From IMG/VR virus record IMGVR_UViG_3300048848_000259, positions 1-41,786 of that record: 41,786 bases of DNA; one strand, written 5' to 3'. Numbering within the stretch: the first letter of the stretch is position 1; the number at the start of each line of letters is the position of its first letter. The notes beneath the pieces were generated by a model, which did no database searches, had not been told where the DNA came from, and saw nothing but the letters and a program-made list of their open reading frames with translations. The DNA is from a virus (taxonomy: Duplodnaviria; Caudoviricetes). Positions 16,502-26,000 of this stretch are shown here, one piece after another. The translations under genes and the position numbers were made by a program.

Positions 16502-19117
16502 ATGGCCATCCTTCGGATGATGCAGCCTGCCTTCACGGCGGGCGAACTGAGCCCTGCCTTGTATGCGCGCGTCGATCAGGCGAAATATCAGTCCGGCCTT
16601 AAGATCGCGAAGAACGTCTTCGTGCACGCCTTCGGTGGTGTTTCGAACCGTACGGGCCTTGAGTTCATCGGACGCACCAAAGGCTCTGGCCTGGCTGTCC
16701 TTATCCCGTTCGTCTACGACATCGAGACGAACCAGACCTATAATCTTGAGTTCTCCAATCAGCGCATGCGCGTCTATCGTTTCGGCATTCCCGTATTGGA
16801 AGCGCCAAAGGCGATCACAGGCATATCGACCGGAAGCAGCGGCCTGTTCACTGTCGCCGGGCACGGCTTCGCCGACGGGGATGAAGTCGTCCTTGCTGAC
16901 ATCGTCGGTCAAACGGCGCTGAATGGACGGAGCCTCATTGTCCGCAACGTCGGCACAAATGCCTTCAACCTTGAGGATTTGTTCGGCAACACCATCAGCA
17001 CGGCCGCGCTTCCTCCGTATGAAAGCGGCGGCACTGTTCGCAGAGTGTACGAGGTTGCTACGCCTTATCTGGCCAGCCAGTTGCGCGAGCTGGTCTTCGC
17101 TCAAGAGAACGATGTGATGTACCTGACGCACAAGCGGCATCCGCCGCAGAAGCTGTCACGGCTCGCTGACGACAACTGGACACTTGAGACGCCGACCTTT
17201 GCACCGAAGGTAAGCTCGCCGACCGGCCTCGGCGGCTCGTCTTTCTACAAGCTTCAGACAGGCGACACCGCCAACATCAACTACCGGGTATCGTCCCTTT
17301 CGGCTTCAGGTGCTGAAAGCGAAGCCGCCTCAAGCGTCACAGTAAAAGTGCAGCACGAAAACGAAGACGGCCGACGCATTCGCCTGACGTGGAATGCTAT
17401 GCCTGGCGCTGCATCATACCGCGTCTACAGGGAAGGCGACGACTCCGGCATCCTGACCGAGACCCCGAATAACGAGGTCGAGCTGACGCAGACGCAGTTC
17501 ACCGGCGACGGGTCGCCAATCCCGACTGTCGCCGCGCCTGGCGCTCCTGCCACGCCGACCGGGTTTGCTGGTGTCGTCGTGTTCGGTATCGAGATGAGCT
17601 ACAAGGTCGCCGCGATCTCGGACGACAGCGGCGAGGAGAGCTTGCCGTCGCCGGCCTTCACGCTGCGCAACGACATGAGTTTTCAGGGCAACAAGAACAT
17701 CCTGAACTGGTCGGCGGTCGCTGGCGCCGGGAGCTATGTACTCTACCGCCTCGATAATGGCCGATACGGCTACATCGGAACATCGGAAACCCTGACGTTC
17801 ACCGATGAGAACATCACTCCCGACCTCGCCAGCGGGCCGCAGGAAGGAAACAACCCCTTCAGCGGTGCCGGCAGATACCCGCGGTGCGTGACGTTCTACG
17901 AGCAGCGGCTGGCCATGGGCGGCACGATCAACGTGCCCTCTGGCGTCTGGCTCGGTCAATCCGCTAACTATGAGAACTTCGGATCTTCCACCACCGTCAA
18001 AGCTGCTGACGCTATCACCTTCCGCATCAGGTCGAGGGAGAAGAACGAAGTCCGGGCCTTGCTCGAAACGCGCGGTCTTGGCGTATTCTCCTCGGCTGCA
18101 GAATTCACCGTATCGGGAGGGTCGGAAGACTTCCTGACGCCGGCAAACGTCAATGTCCGCAAGCAGGGCAACAGAGGTTCAAGCTACGTCCAGCCGATCG
18201 CCATCGGCGAAGTTATGCTTTTCGCGCAGGTCCGCGGTGGCGTGGTTCGTGACTTCTCCTATGCCTTCGCCAATGACGCCTTCACGGGCCGCGACCTGAC
18301 GGTGTTGGCGTCGCACCTGTTCAAGAAGCGTAAGGTCGTGTCTTGGGCCTATGCGCAGGCGCCGAATTCCATCGTATGGGTCGCGCTCGATGACGGCACG
18401 TTGCTCAGCCTGACATACATGCGCGAACAGGAAGTATGGGCGTGGACGCGGCACGAGACGGACGGCAAGGTCGAAGCGGTCAATGTCGTTCCAGAGGATG
18501 ACGAAGATAAGGTCTATGTCGTTGTCCGGCGGGCGGTGAACGGCTCAGTGCAGCGCTACATCGAGCGCTTGCACGATCGCCTTTTTGAGAGCTCGGAAGA
18601 ATGCTTCTTCGTCGATAGCGGCCTGACCTATGACGGCGATCCGGTAAAGACGGTGCGGGGTCTGTATCATCTGGAAGGAAAACAAGTCGTGGCGCTCGCG
18701 GACGGCAATGTCGTGCGCGGGCTGATCGTCGAGAACGGCGCTGTAACGCTGCAGCATTCTGCCTCGCTAATCCACGTCGGGCTTCCGTACGAGGCCGAGC
18801 TGATGACGCTCGATCTCGATCTCGGCATGGTGCAAGGCCTGGGCTCGACACAGGGGCGTCCTAAATCTGTGGCTTCCCTGACAATGCGGGTCGAAGACAC
18901 CCGCGGGATTTGGGCTGGTCCTTCCGCTGCCAAGCTGACCGAATTGAAACAGCGCCAGTTCGAGAAGTGGGACGAGGCCACGAGGCTCGGCACCAGTGAC
19001 GTCGAGATCACGCTGTCGTCGGAATGGACGCCGGGTGGAACGATCGTTGTCAAACAGTTCGATCCATTGCCCATGACGATTCTTGCGATCTTGCCAGAGG
19101 TGAGGGTAGGCGCATGA
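16502..19117 (+). CDS. Tail tubular protein B/nozzle (T7 gp12-like) with inserted FCCH-like and FN3-like domains
   Basis: QPAFTAGELSP.L.ARVD start, YP.CVTFYEQRL, EQEVWAWTRH, FVDSGLTY and PLPMTILAI end. Confidence 0.88.
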   Translation: MAILRMMQPAFTAGELSPALYARVDQAKYQSGLKIAKNVFVHAFGGVSNRTGLEFIGRTKGSGLAVLIPFVYDIETNQTYNLEFSNQRMRVYRFGIPVLEAPKAITGISTGSSGLFTVAGHGFADGDEVVLADIVGQTALNGRSLIVRNVGTNAFNLEDLFGNTISTAALPPYESGGTVRRVYEVATPYLASQLRELVFAQENDVMYLTHKRHPPQKLSRLADDNWTLETPTFAPKVSSPTGLGGSSFYKLQTGDTANINYRVSSLSASGAESEAASSVTVKVQHENEDGRRIRLTWNAMPGAASYRVYREGDDSGILTETPNNEVELTQTQFTGDGSPIPTVAAPGAPATPTGFAGVVVFGIEMSYKVAAISDDSGEESLPSPAFTLRNDMSFQGNKNILNWSAVAGAGSYVLYRLDNGRYGYIGTSETLTFTDENITPDLASGPQEGNNPFSGAGRYPRCVTFYEQRLAMGGTINVPSGVWLGQSANYENFGSSTTVKAADAITFRIRSREKNEVRALLETRGLGVFSSAAEFTVSGGSEDFLTPANVNVRKQGNRGSSYVQPIAIGEVMLFAQVRGGVVRDFSYAFANDAFTGRDLTVLASHLFKKRKVVSWAYAQAPNSIVWVALDDGTLLSLTYMREQEVWAWTRHETDGKVEAVNVVPEDDEDKVYVVVRRAVNGSVQRYIERLHDRLFESSEECFFVDSGLTYDGDPVKTVRGLYHLEGKQVVALADGNVVRGLIVENGAVTLQHSASLIHVGLPYEAELMTLDLDLGMVQGLGSTQGRPKSVASLTMRVEDTRGIWAGPSAAKLTELKQRQFEKWDEATRLGTSDVEITLSSEWTPGGTIVVKQFDPLPMTILAILPEVRVGA

Positions 19118-19581
19118 GCTTTGCCATCATCACGCCGGCTGAAGAGCATATCGCATCGATCGCTCCCCGGATGCGTGCCGCTGATGTGGAGGAGGTCCGG
19201 GCAGCATCGGGCCGGTCGCCTGACAATGCTCTGCGGCACTCGCTGCAGATGTCGGAAATCGTCTGGACGGTCACCTTTGACGGTGTGCCGGAACTGATGT
19301 TCGGCTGCGGTACCGTCGATATCCTGAACAACATCGGGGCGCCTTGGCTTTTGGGCACCGACGCAGTCGAGCAGAACCGCCGGCACTTCCTCGGCGGTTC
19401 GCGCTACTGGATTCAGCAGATGCAAAATCGCTGGCAGCTCCTTCGCAATGTCGTTGACGATCGCAACGCTGCTTCGAAGCGGTGGCTTGCCTGGCTGGGC
19501 TTCACGCTGAAGGACCCTGAGCCCTATGGGTATGAACGTCTCCCGTTCCGTGTTTTTGAAATGAAGGTTCCTCATGTGTGA
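19114..19581 (+). CDS. GNAT-fold internal virion/assembly protein (T7 gp13-like)
   Basis: MRAADVEEV, PWLLGTD and N.VD.RN..S.RWL.WLGF motifs; ATGA overlap. Confidence 0.8.
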   Translation: MSFAIITPAEEHIASIAPRMRAADVEEVRAASGRSPDNALRHSLQMSEIVWTVTFDGVPELMFGCGTVDILNNIGAPWLLGTDAVEQNRRHFLGGSRYWIQQMQNRWQLLRNVVDDRNAASKRWLAWLGFTLKDPEPYGYERLPFRVFEMKVPHV

Positions 19582-20083
19582 TTTCGGTCTGGCTTTGACA
19601 GCAGCATCGACGCTCCTCGGGGCGGCCGGTGCGAAACAGCAATCCGATGCTTCAGCTTCCGCCGCGCGCTACGAAGCCAAAGTGCAGGACATGAACGTGA
19701 CGCTCTCCGAGCAGCGCGCGCGGGATGCGCTTGAGCGTGGCAAGGTCGAAGAGCAGCAGAAGCGGGGGCAGGTGGCGCAGGTCCAGTCGAAGCAGCGCGC
19801 GGCGATGGCTGCAAACGGCATCGATGTCGGCTATGGCTCCGCGCTCGATATCATGGTCGACACTGCGACGCTCGGCGAAATCGACGCGCTGACGATCCGC
19901 AAGAACTCCGCAAATGAGGCCTACGACTACCGGGTCGATGCTGCGAATGGTCGCGCGAGCGCAAGTCTGCGCCGGGCCAATGCTGCGAACTCCGAAGCGG
20001 CCGGCAACCTCAATGCGTTCAGCACAATTCTAACCGGTGCCGGCAAGGCGTACGGGTCCGGATCTGAGAAGGGATACTGGTAA
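19574..20083 (+). CDS. Small ejection/internal virion protein (T7 gp14-like)
   Basis: MC start; Ala/Gln-rich; QRAAMAANGIDV..GSALD motif. Confidence 0.85.
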   Translation: MCDFGLALTAASTLLGAAGAKQQSDASASAARYEAKVQDMNVTLSEQRARDALERGKVEEQQKRGQVAQVQSKQRAAMAANGIDVGYGSALDIMVDTATLGEIDALTIRKNSANEAYDYRVDAANGRASASLRRANAANSEAAGNLNAFSTILTGAGKAYGSGSEKGYW

Positions 20084-20086
20084 GAT

Positions 20087-22336
20087 ATGCCGACCGTACC
20101 TCTTTACGAGCAGACCGAGCGCCGCCGTCCGATCCTGAGGCAGGGGATTGAAGTCCAGGCGTCGCCCGGCGACTTCGGCGCCCAGATCGGGCAGGCGACG
20201 CAGAACGTTGCGCAGGGCCTTGGAAACATCGGCGACGTGGTCGATCAGGTCCGTGAGCTGAAAGCGACGACCGATGCGAAGGATCGGCTGACCGCGATGG
20301 AGCGGGATAAGATCGAGCTCGACTATGGGCAGAACGGCTTTCTGACGACGCAGGGCCGCAATGCTGTCGAAGGCCGCGCGTCCTACAACGCCGCGCTTGA
20401 GGCGCTGAAGAAGAAGTACACGCCGGAAGATCCGATCGCCGCGCGCAAGTTCGGCGAAGCAGCCACGGCGGTCGTGACGCAGGGTATGCGTTCGGGCATC
20501 GTGCACTCGGCGCAGGGCCAGAAGGACTGGGTGGCAGCGTCATCGTCGGCCCGCATGGAACTCCTGAAGGATCAGGCGCTGAACGGCTATGACAAGCCGA
20601 ATGAAATCAAGAAGTCCCTTGGCCTCGGCTATGCGGAAATCGGCGCCCAGGCCGAGCTGATGGGCTGGGATCAGGCCGTTGTCGACTACAAGCGGAAGGA
20701 GTTTTCTTCGTCCGTCCATTCGAGCGTCGCGCTGGCTCTTGCCTCAAAGCCCAATGGTGCCCGCGGCGCGCTGGACTACATCAAGCAGAACGGCGACAGC
20801 ATGGACCCGAAAGTCCGGCTGGATATGGAAAGCAAGCTGCGCCCCTACGCTGCGGAAGAAGAAGGGCTTTCCGTCGTCAACGAGATCATGTCGCAGAGCC
20901 GCAAGGCTGCTGCAGCCTCTGGAACTCCGACCACACCGTCTGGCGGCCCTACGCAGTCGAAGGCCTTCCTTGCTTCGAAGTCTGTCCACAAGGACCGCCC
21001 AGGCGACACGTTGAACCTCGACGACGCCTTTGCCGACAACCTCGCCGCCCTGATCCAGGACGCGCCGGCCAGCATCCGCGAAGGACTCGGGCTGGGTTCC
21101 GCCTATCGCTCGAACGAGCATCAAGAGCAGTTGTTCGCCAATAGCGATCGAACGGGGCGCACAGTCGCGTTCCCAGCGGGATATCAGAAGCCGAACGGCA
21201 CGATCGCCAAGGGTTCAAACCATCTGCATGGTCGCGCGGTCGATCTGACGTTCAAGGGCTCGCGCCTCGATCGGGCGCCGAAAGAGGTCCGGGACTGGGT
21301 TCACGATAACGCGGCAAACTACGGGCTGCGGTTCCCTATGTCGTACGAGCCATGGCACATCGAGCCGGTCCGGAGTGGCACCGTCGTCCCATCTCGTGAA
21401 GGTGTCGCCGCCCGATCGACAATGCCGTCCTACGATGACGCCATGCAGCGCATCGGTCAGATTTCCGACCCGGACGTTCGGGCGTCGGCCATGAAACAGC
21501 TGAACGCTCAGTACGAGCTGCGGTCCAAGGCTGAAACCGCAGACTCCAACGCGGCGAAAAGCCAGATCTGGTCAATGGTCCTGCAGGACACACCCATGTC
21601 GCAGATACCGCTGGAGCTGAAAATCTCGGCCGGTCGCGAGGCGGTGTCGGGCTTTATGGAGTTCGAGAACAAGGCGGACGCCATCAAGACCGATCCGGCC
21701 GCCTACAGCAGCTTGAGCAATATGGCGGCGGCCGATCCTGCCGGCTTTGCCAAGCTTGATCTGACGGAGCCGGAGATTATCAACAGTCTCTCCCGTGAAG
21801 ACTGGAAGGCGATGTCGAACAAGAAGAGCGCGATCATCGGCGACGAGACGAAGGCCGTGCAGGAGGGGAAGGTCTACCAGGACGCTTTCAAGCAGGCGGA
21901 AGTCTCGCTGAACGCATCGGGCGTCACAACTACCGGCATCAAGGGCGACGATACCGAAGCACGCATGGCGATGGAACGGCGTATCGCTCAGTTCCAGAAC
22001 GAGATGCGAGTGCGGATTGACGATCATCGAGCCCGGAATGACGGACGGCTGCCGACCTATGTCGAAAGTCAGCAGATGATCAATGAACTGCTGCTGCCAA
22101 TCGTGACGAAAACGCCTGGTACGCTTTGGGGTACGAACGAAGAAGATGGGAAGTTCCTGTTCGAAGCGCCGGCCCGGGAAGACGGAACGGCGTTCGAGAT
22201 CCGGGTTCCGTATCAGGATATCCCGATCGATTTGCGTCAGGCGATCAGCACCGACCTGCTTGCCAGAATTGGACGAAAGCCAACGCCGGAAGACGTCAGT
22301 GCTGAGTATGCTCGGTTTTTAACGAGCGGGAACTGA
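20087..22336 (+). CDS. Ejection protein with embedded M15 (D-Ala-D-Ala carboxypeptidase-like) metallopeptidase
   Basis: SAYRS.E.Q, SNHLHGRAVDL and EPWHIE motifs inside a helical MPTVP-start ejection protein. Confidence 0.85.
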   Translation: MPTVPLYEQTERRRPILRQGIEVQASPGDFGAQIGQATQNVAQGLGNIGDVVDQVRELKATTDAKDRLTAMERDKIELDYGQNGFLTTQGRNAVEGRASYNAALEALKKKYTPEDPIAARKFGEAATAVVTQGMRSGIVHSAQGQKDWVAASSSARMELLKDQALNGYDKPNEIKKSLGLGYAEIGAQAELMGWDQAVVDYKRKEFSSSVHSSVALALASKPNGARGALDYIKQNGDSMDPKVRLDMESKLRPYAAEEEGLSVVNEIMSQSRKAAAASGTPTTPSGGPTQSKAFLASKSVHKDRPGDTLNLDDAFADNLAALIQDAPASIREGLGLGSAYRSNEHQEQLFANSDRTGRTVAFPAGYQKPNGTIAKGSNHLHGRAVDLTFKGSRLDRAPKEVRDWVHDNAANYGLRFPMSYEPWHIEPVRSGTVVPSREGVAARSTMPSYDDAMQRIGQISDPDVRASAMKQLNAQYELRSKAETADSNAAKSQIWSMVLQDTPMSQIPLELKISAGREAVSGFMEFENKADAIKTDPAAYSSLSNMAAADPAGFAKLDLTEPEIINSLSREDWKAMSNKKSAIIGDETKAVQEGKVYQDAFKQAEVSLNASGVTTTGIKGDDTEARMAMERRIAQFQNEMRVRIDDHRARNDGRLPTYVESQQMINELLLPIVTKTPGTLWGTNEEDGKFLFEAPAREDGTAFEIRVPYQDIPIDLRQAISTDLLARIGRKPTPEDVSAEYARFLTSGN

Positions 22337-22703
22337 TTTCGTTTTCTTGGTCGTTGAGGTCTTCTTCCATTCTACGAATGGGAACTCGGTAGACGAATGT
22401 GACCGTGAATAGGAACAAGGCGAACAGTAGTAAAAATACGCCAGCGGTGGTGAAGCTCAGCTCCCAGCCTTTCACTGCTTCGAAGATGATCAGCGCGGCT
22501 ACCCAGACGAAGCCCAAGAGGCAATTTTCGAGTAACGTCGACCTGAACAACGTTGGTGCCGAACCGTAATAAGTCTTTTCCGCTGAAAAGACGCCAACTC
22601 GGCCAGACCTCAGCCGGCGGGTAACTCGGTCTAGAACGACGTCGACCTCTTCGTCCGCGCGATTTAGGAGGCGAATGATTTCGTCGTCAGGTCGCTCGTT
22701 CAA
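22296..22703 (-). CDS. Moron: 2-TM membrane protein (probable TTG start at 22703)
   Basis: TTGA overlap with the stop of 22700-22978; two hydrophobic helices; 3' end overlaps the ejection gene convergently. Confidence 0.55.
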   Translation of the reverse strand: MNERPDDEIIRLLNRADEEVDVVLDRVTRRLRSGRVGVFSAEKTYYGSAPTLFRSTLLENCLLGFVWVAALIIFEAVKGWELSFTTAGVFLLLFALFLFTVTFVYRVPIRRMEEDLNDQENEISSRSLKTEHTQH

Positions 22704-22978
22704 TGGGTCGCGCCCCAAGTCGCCGCGAAGGTGAACAAGCAAGACACTGCAACGGTGGTGCCTACTCCGGCCATCGCTGTGGGGCTACCCCTGCGGATGA
22801 AATAAACAAAGCCGCCTACCGCGGTCGAAATTACAAAGATGGCGAACGCAGCGCCCAGGGTGTCCCCGGCAAGACGGGCTGCAGATCCGAATGGATAGCC
22901 AGTCATCCATTTGACTACGAGAAGAACAATCGCGCCAATGATGGCGCAGACACCAGCAACTTTCAGAATACGAGCCAT
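22700..22978 (-). CDS. Moron: 3-TM membrane protein
   Basis: GGAG/GAGG upstream of ATG; strongly hydrophobic 92 aa. Confidence 0.65.
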   Translation of the reverse strand: MARILKVAGVCAIIGAIVLLVVKWMTGYPFGSAARLAGDTLGAAFAIFVISTAVGGFVYFIRRGSPTAMAGVGTTVAVSCLFTFAATWGATH

Positions 22979-23035
22979 TTCCTCAACTCCGTTTGATGGA
23001 AATCAACCAGAAGCTGCCTGCTTTGTCGAGATACC

Positions 23036-26000
23036 ATGCCAACCATTGAAGAATACGATGAATGGAAAAGCCGCGCCAGCCAGGCAGAAGCAGCCAAGGC
23101 AGGTGTAGTTTTGAACGTCGCGCGGTCCACCAACCCGGATCAGTTCGCGTCTGATGCCAAGCTGGGCAAAGCATTCGGCGTCGCGCCGGATTTAGCGGCA
23201 ACAGGCCGCGATATGTTGCAAGGCCGTCTCAACACCATGCGAACAAGCTCGGTCTTGAAAGCGTCGCCGCGAACAGCACAGTGGCTGCGTGACAGCGATA
23301 ACGCTCGCGCTGCGTGGGACGATGTTGAAAGTTTGTCTTGGTTTGAGACAACGGCGCGAAATACGGTTCGCTCGCCTGTAGAACTCGGTAAGGCTTTCCC
23401 GGGCGGCGCGACATCTTTCGTGGGGATGGCGCTTGAAGGCGCCGGTCAGTTGCTCACCCCGACGTCGGAAAAGGATCGTGCGCCCATGGTGGGCCGGATC
23501 ATGGGCGCCAAAGGGAAAAGCGAGCAGGAAATCAACCAGCTCCGAACGGACATTTTCCAGCAGGGCGTGATCAACCCGACTATCGCTCAGTCTGTTCTCT
23601 CGGATGTGATTTCCGGGGATATGTCCCCCGATGAGGCTCGAGCGATCTTTGAACCGGCTATCGCCGCCGTAAGTGAAAGCCTTCAGCAGGCAGGCGAGGG
23701 CACTCAAAAATATGGGCAGAACATGTTGCCGGCGGCGGCAGGCTGGGAAGATAGCTGGTCGAGAACAATTGGCTCGGGCTTGGGGTCTATGCTCCCCGTC
23801 ATTGTTGCAAGCGTTCTAACAGGCGGCGTTGGTGCCGCGGCCTTCGGTGGTGCCGCTGGTGCTGGTGATGCTACGTCGCGCGCTCGCGAGGCAGGACAGG
23901 GCGAAGGAACCCAGCTCAAGGCAGCAATGGCAGGCGTCTTGCCGGGTATGACGGACGCAATCCCGATCGAACGGCTTTTGAACAACCCGGTGACGCGTAA
24001 CGGTCTGATGTCCGTTTTGCGGAGCATCGGTGTTCAGGCAGCACAGGAAGGAACACAGGAAGCTGCCCAAGAGATGATGCAGAATTTCATCTCGCAGCAG
24101 CTCTATAATCCAGACAAATCGATCTTCAACAAGGTCGGCGAAAACGCTGCAGCTGGCGGTGTCGTTGGCGCGATCGTTGAAGCCGGGAGGTTGATTTTTA
24201 TGTCCGCGCTTCCGGGCCGGGTACGAAGAATGCCAGCGCAGGCCCATGCCGCACAGCACGCTCAAGACACGCTCAACCAAATTGCGGAGAACTCGACAGC
24301 GTCGAAGCTCCGCCAGCGCCTCGATGGTTCGTTCGCCGATTTCGTTGGCAAGGCCACCGATGGGACCCCTATCCAGGATCTCTACGTTCCGGCGTCAAAG
24401 CTTCAGGAACTGTTCCAGAGCTTCCGTCACGACCCACGGGACTTCCTTGCCGATCTGCCGGGCGTCGATCCCGCTGATTACGACATGGCTCTCTCGACGG
24501 GCGGCGACGTCCGCATTCCAACCGCAGCCTACGCCTCAAAGCTGGCCGGCACGGACGAAGACGCGTTCCTGCGGGAGAACATGCGCTTCAACCCAGAAGC
24601 CATGACAGCGACGGAGGCGCGGGAGTTCAACGAGAACTCACAGGCAATCCAGCTACAGGCGTTCGAGGAAGCTGAGGCTATCCGCGTTCAGCAGGAACAG
24701 GAGCGTTCCGTCAGCGATCGGGAGATGACGGAGCTCGTCGGCCGCCTTCGTGCCGCTGGCCGGTCGTCTGACGTTGCCCAGTTCGAAGCGATGCCAGTCG
24801 TTGCCATGCGCCGGACGATGGCGGAGCGCGCCGGGCTGACGCCTGAAGAGTTCGATGCGAAGTATCCTCTGCCGGAAGTGCGCCGGGAACGGCCCGACGG
24901 TTTCGCACGCAAGGGCGTCGACGAGCTATCCCGCCAGCTGGCTGAACTGCGGTCTTACGTCACCCAGCCAGAAGCGCGCGGTCCGTCTCTGCTGGAAGCG
25001 ATCGACAGCTACGGCGGCATTGATGACGTCGGCGGAGAGCTTGCGTCTAGAGACGCTGCCACGGTGAAGCGCGGTCGGTTCAAGAAGTCGCTGCGCCTTT
25101 CGCGCGGTAAGGTATCGGGCGCGATCGGTGATCTGCTCGGTAAGGCTTCAGGAACGGGCAAGAAGCATGGCTTTGACGACGTTGCCCGTGCGATGATCGA
25201 GGCCGGCTATCTGCAGGACAACGCGACCGCGAATGATTACCGGCACGCGATGGAAACCGGCGGCGAGGTGCCTGATATCGGCCGCGCACTGCTCGAAGCC
25301 ATCGACGCTGAGCTCGGCGGAACCAAGCAGTTCGCCACGACCGTAGACGGCAACAAGAAAGCGCAGTGGGCAGACGATACCGTCGCCTATCTCGACAGCA
25401 TTGGTGTTTCGATCAACGACAGCGACGAAGCCATTCGCACGGCTCTTGCGAACGCTGACACAGCGCAAGGTCGCGAGTTCGGTCAGGCCAGTCTTCGCCA
25501 GAAGCTCGCGAAGCTCCGCAAGGATATCGGCGAGCTCGTCGACTATGCCAGGGAAGGGAAAGAGCAGAACCGCGTGGTCGGATTTGCGGAGGTCTCGAAT
25601 GCCGTGGCCGATTTGGTCGAGCAGGAAGTCGGCGCCGACATCCACGGCTTCCAGCATACCGTCGACAGCTCTGCGATCCGCCACATTCTAAAGAACCACG
25701 CCGATGCGGCTTCTGAAGCTCGCCGCGGCATGGTCGCAATCACTGATGCCGATATTCTGGCAATTCCGGAAATCGTCTCAGGCGCTGACCAGATCGTGAC
25801 AGGCGCGAAGGGTCGCAGAGGCGAGGATCTGATCGGCTATCTGAAGAAGATGGAAGACGGGACCACGCTCTACATCGAAGAGGCGCGGCGCGGTCGGCGC
25901 AAGCTGGCAGCTGTTTCGATGAGGAAGTATCCCGCCACGGCCGACTCTCTTGGCATAGCCAAAACCATCAACCCAAACGTCCGAGACGATGGCGGGAATG

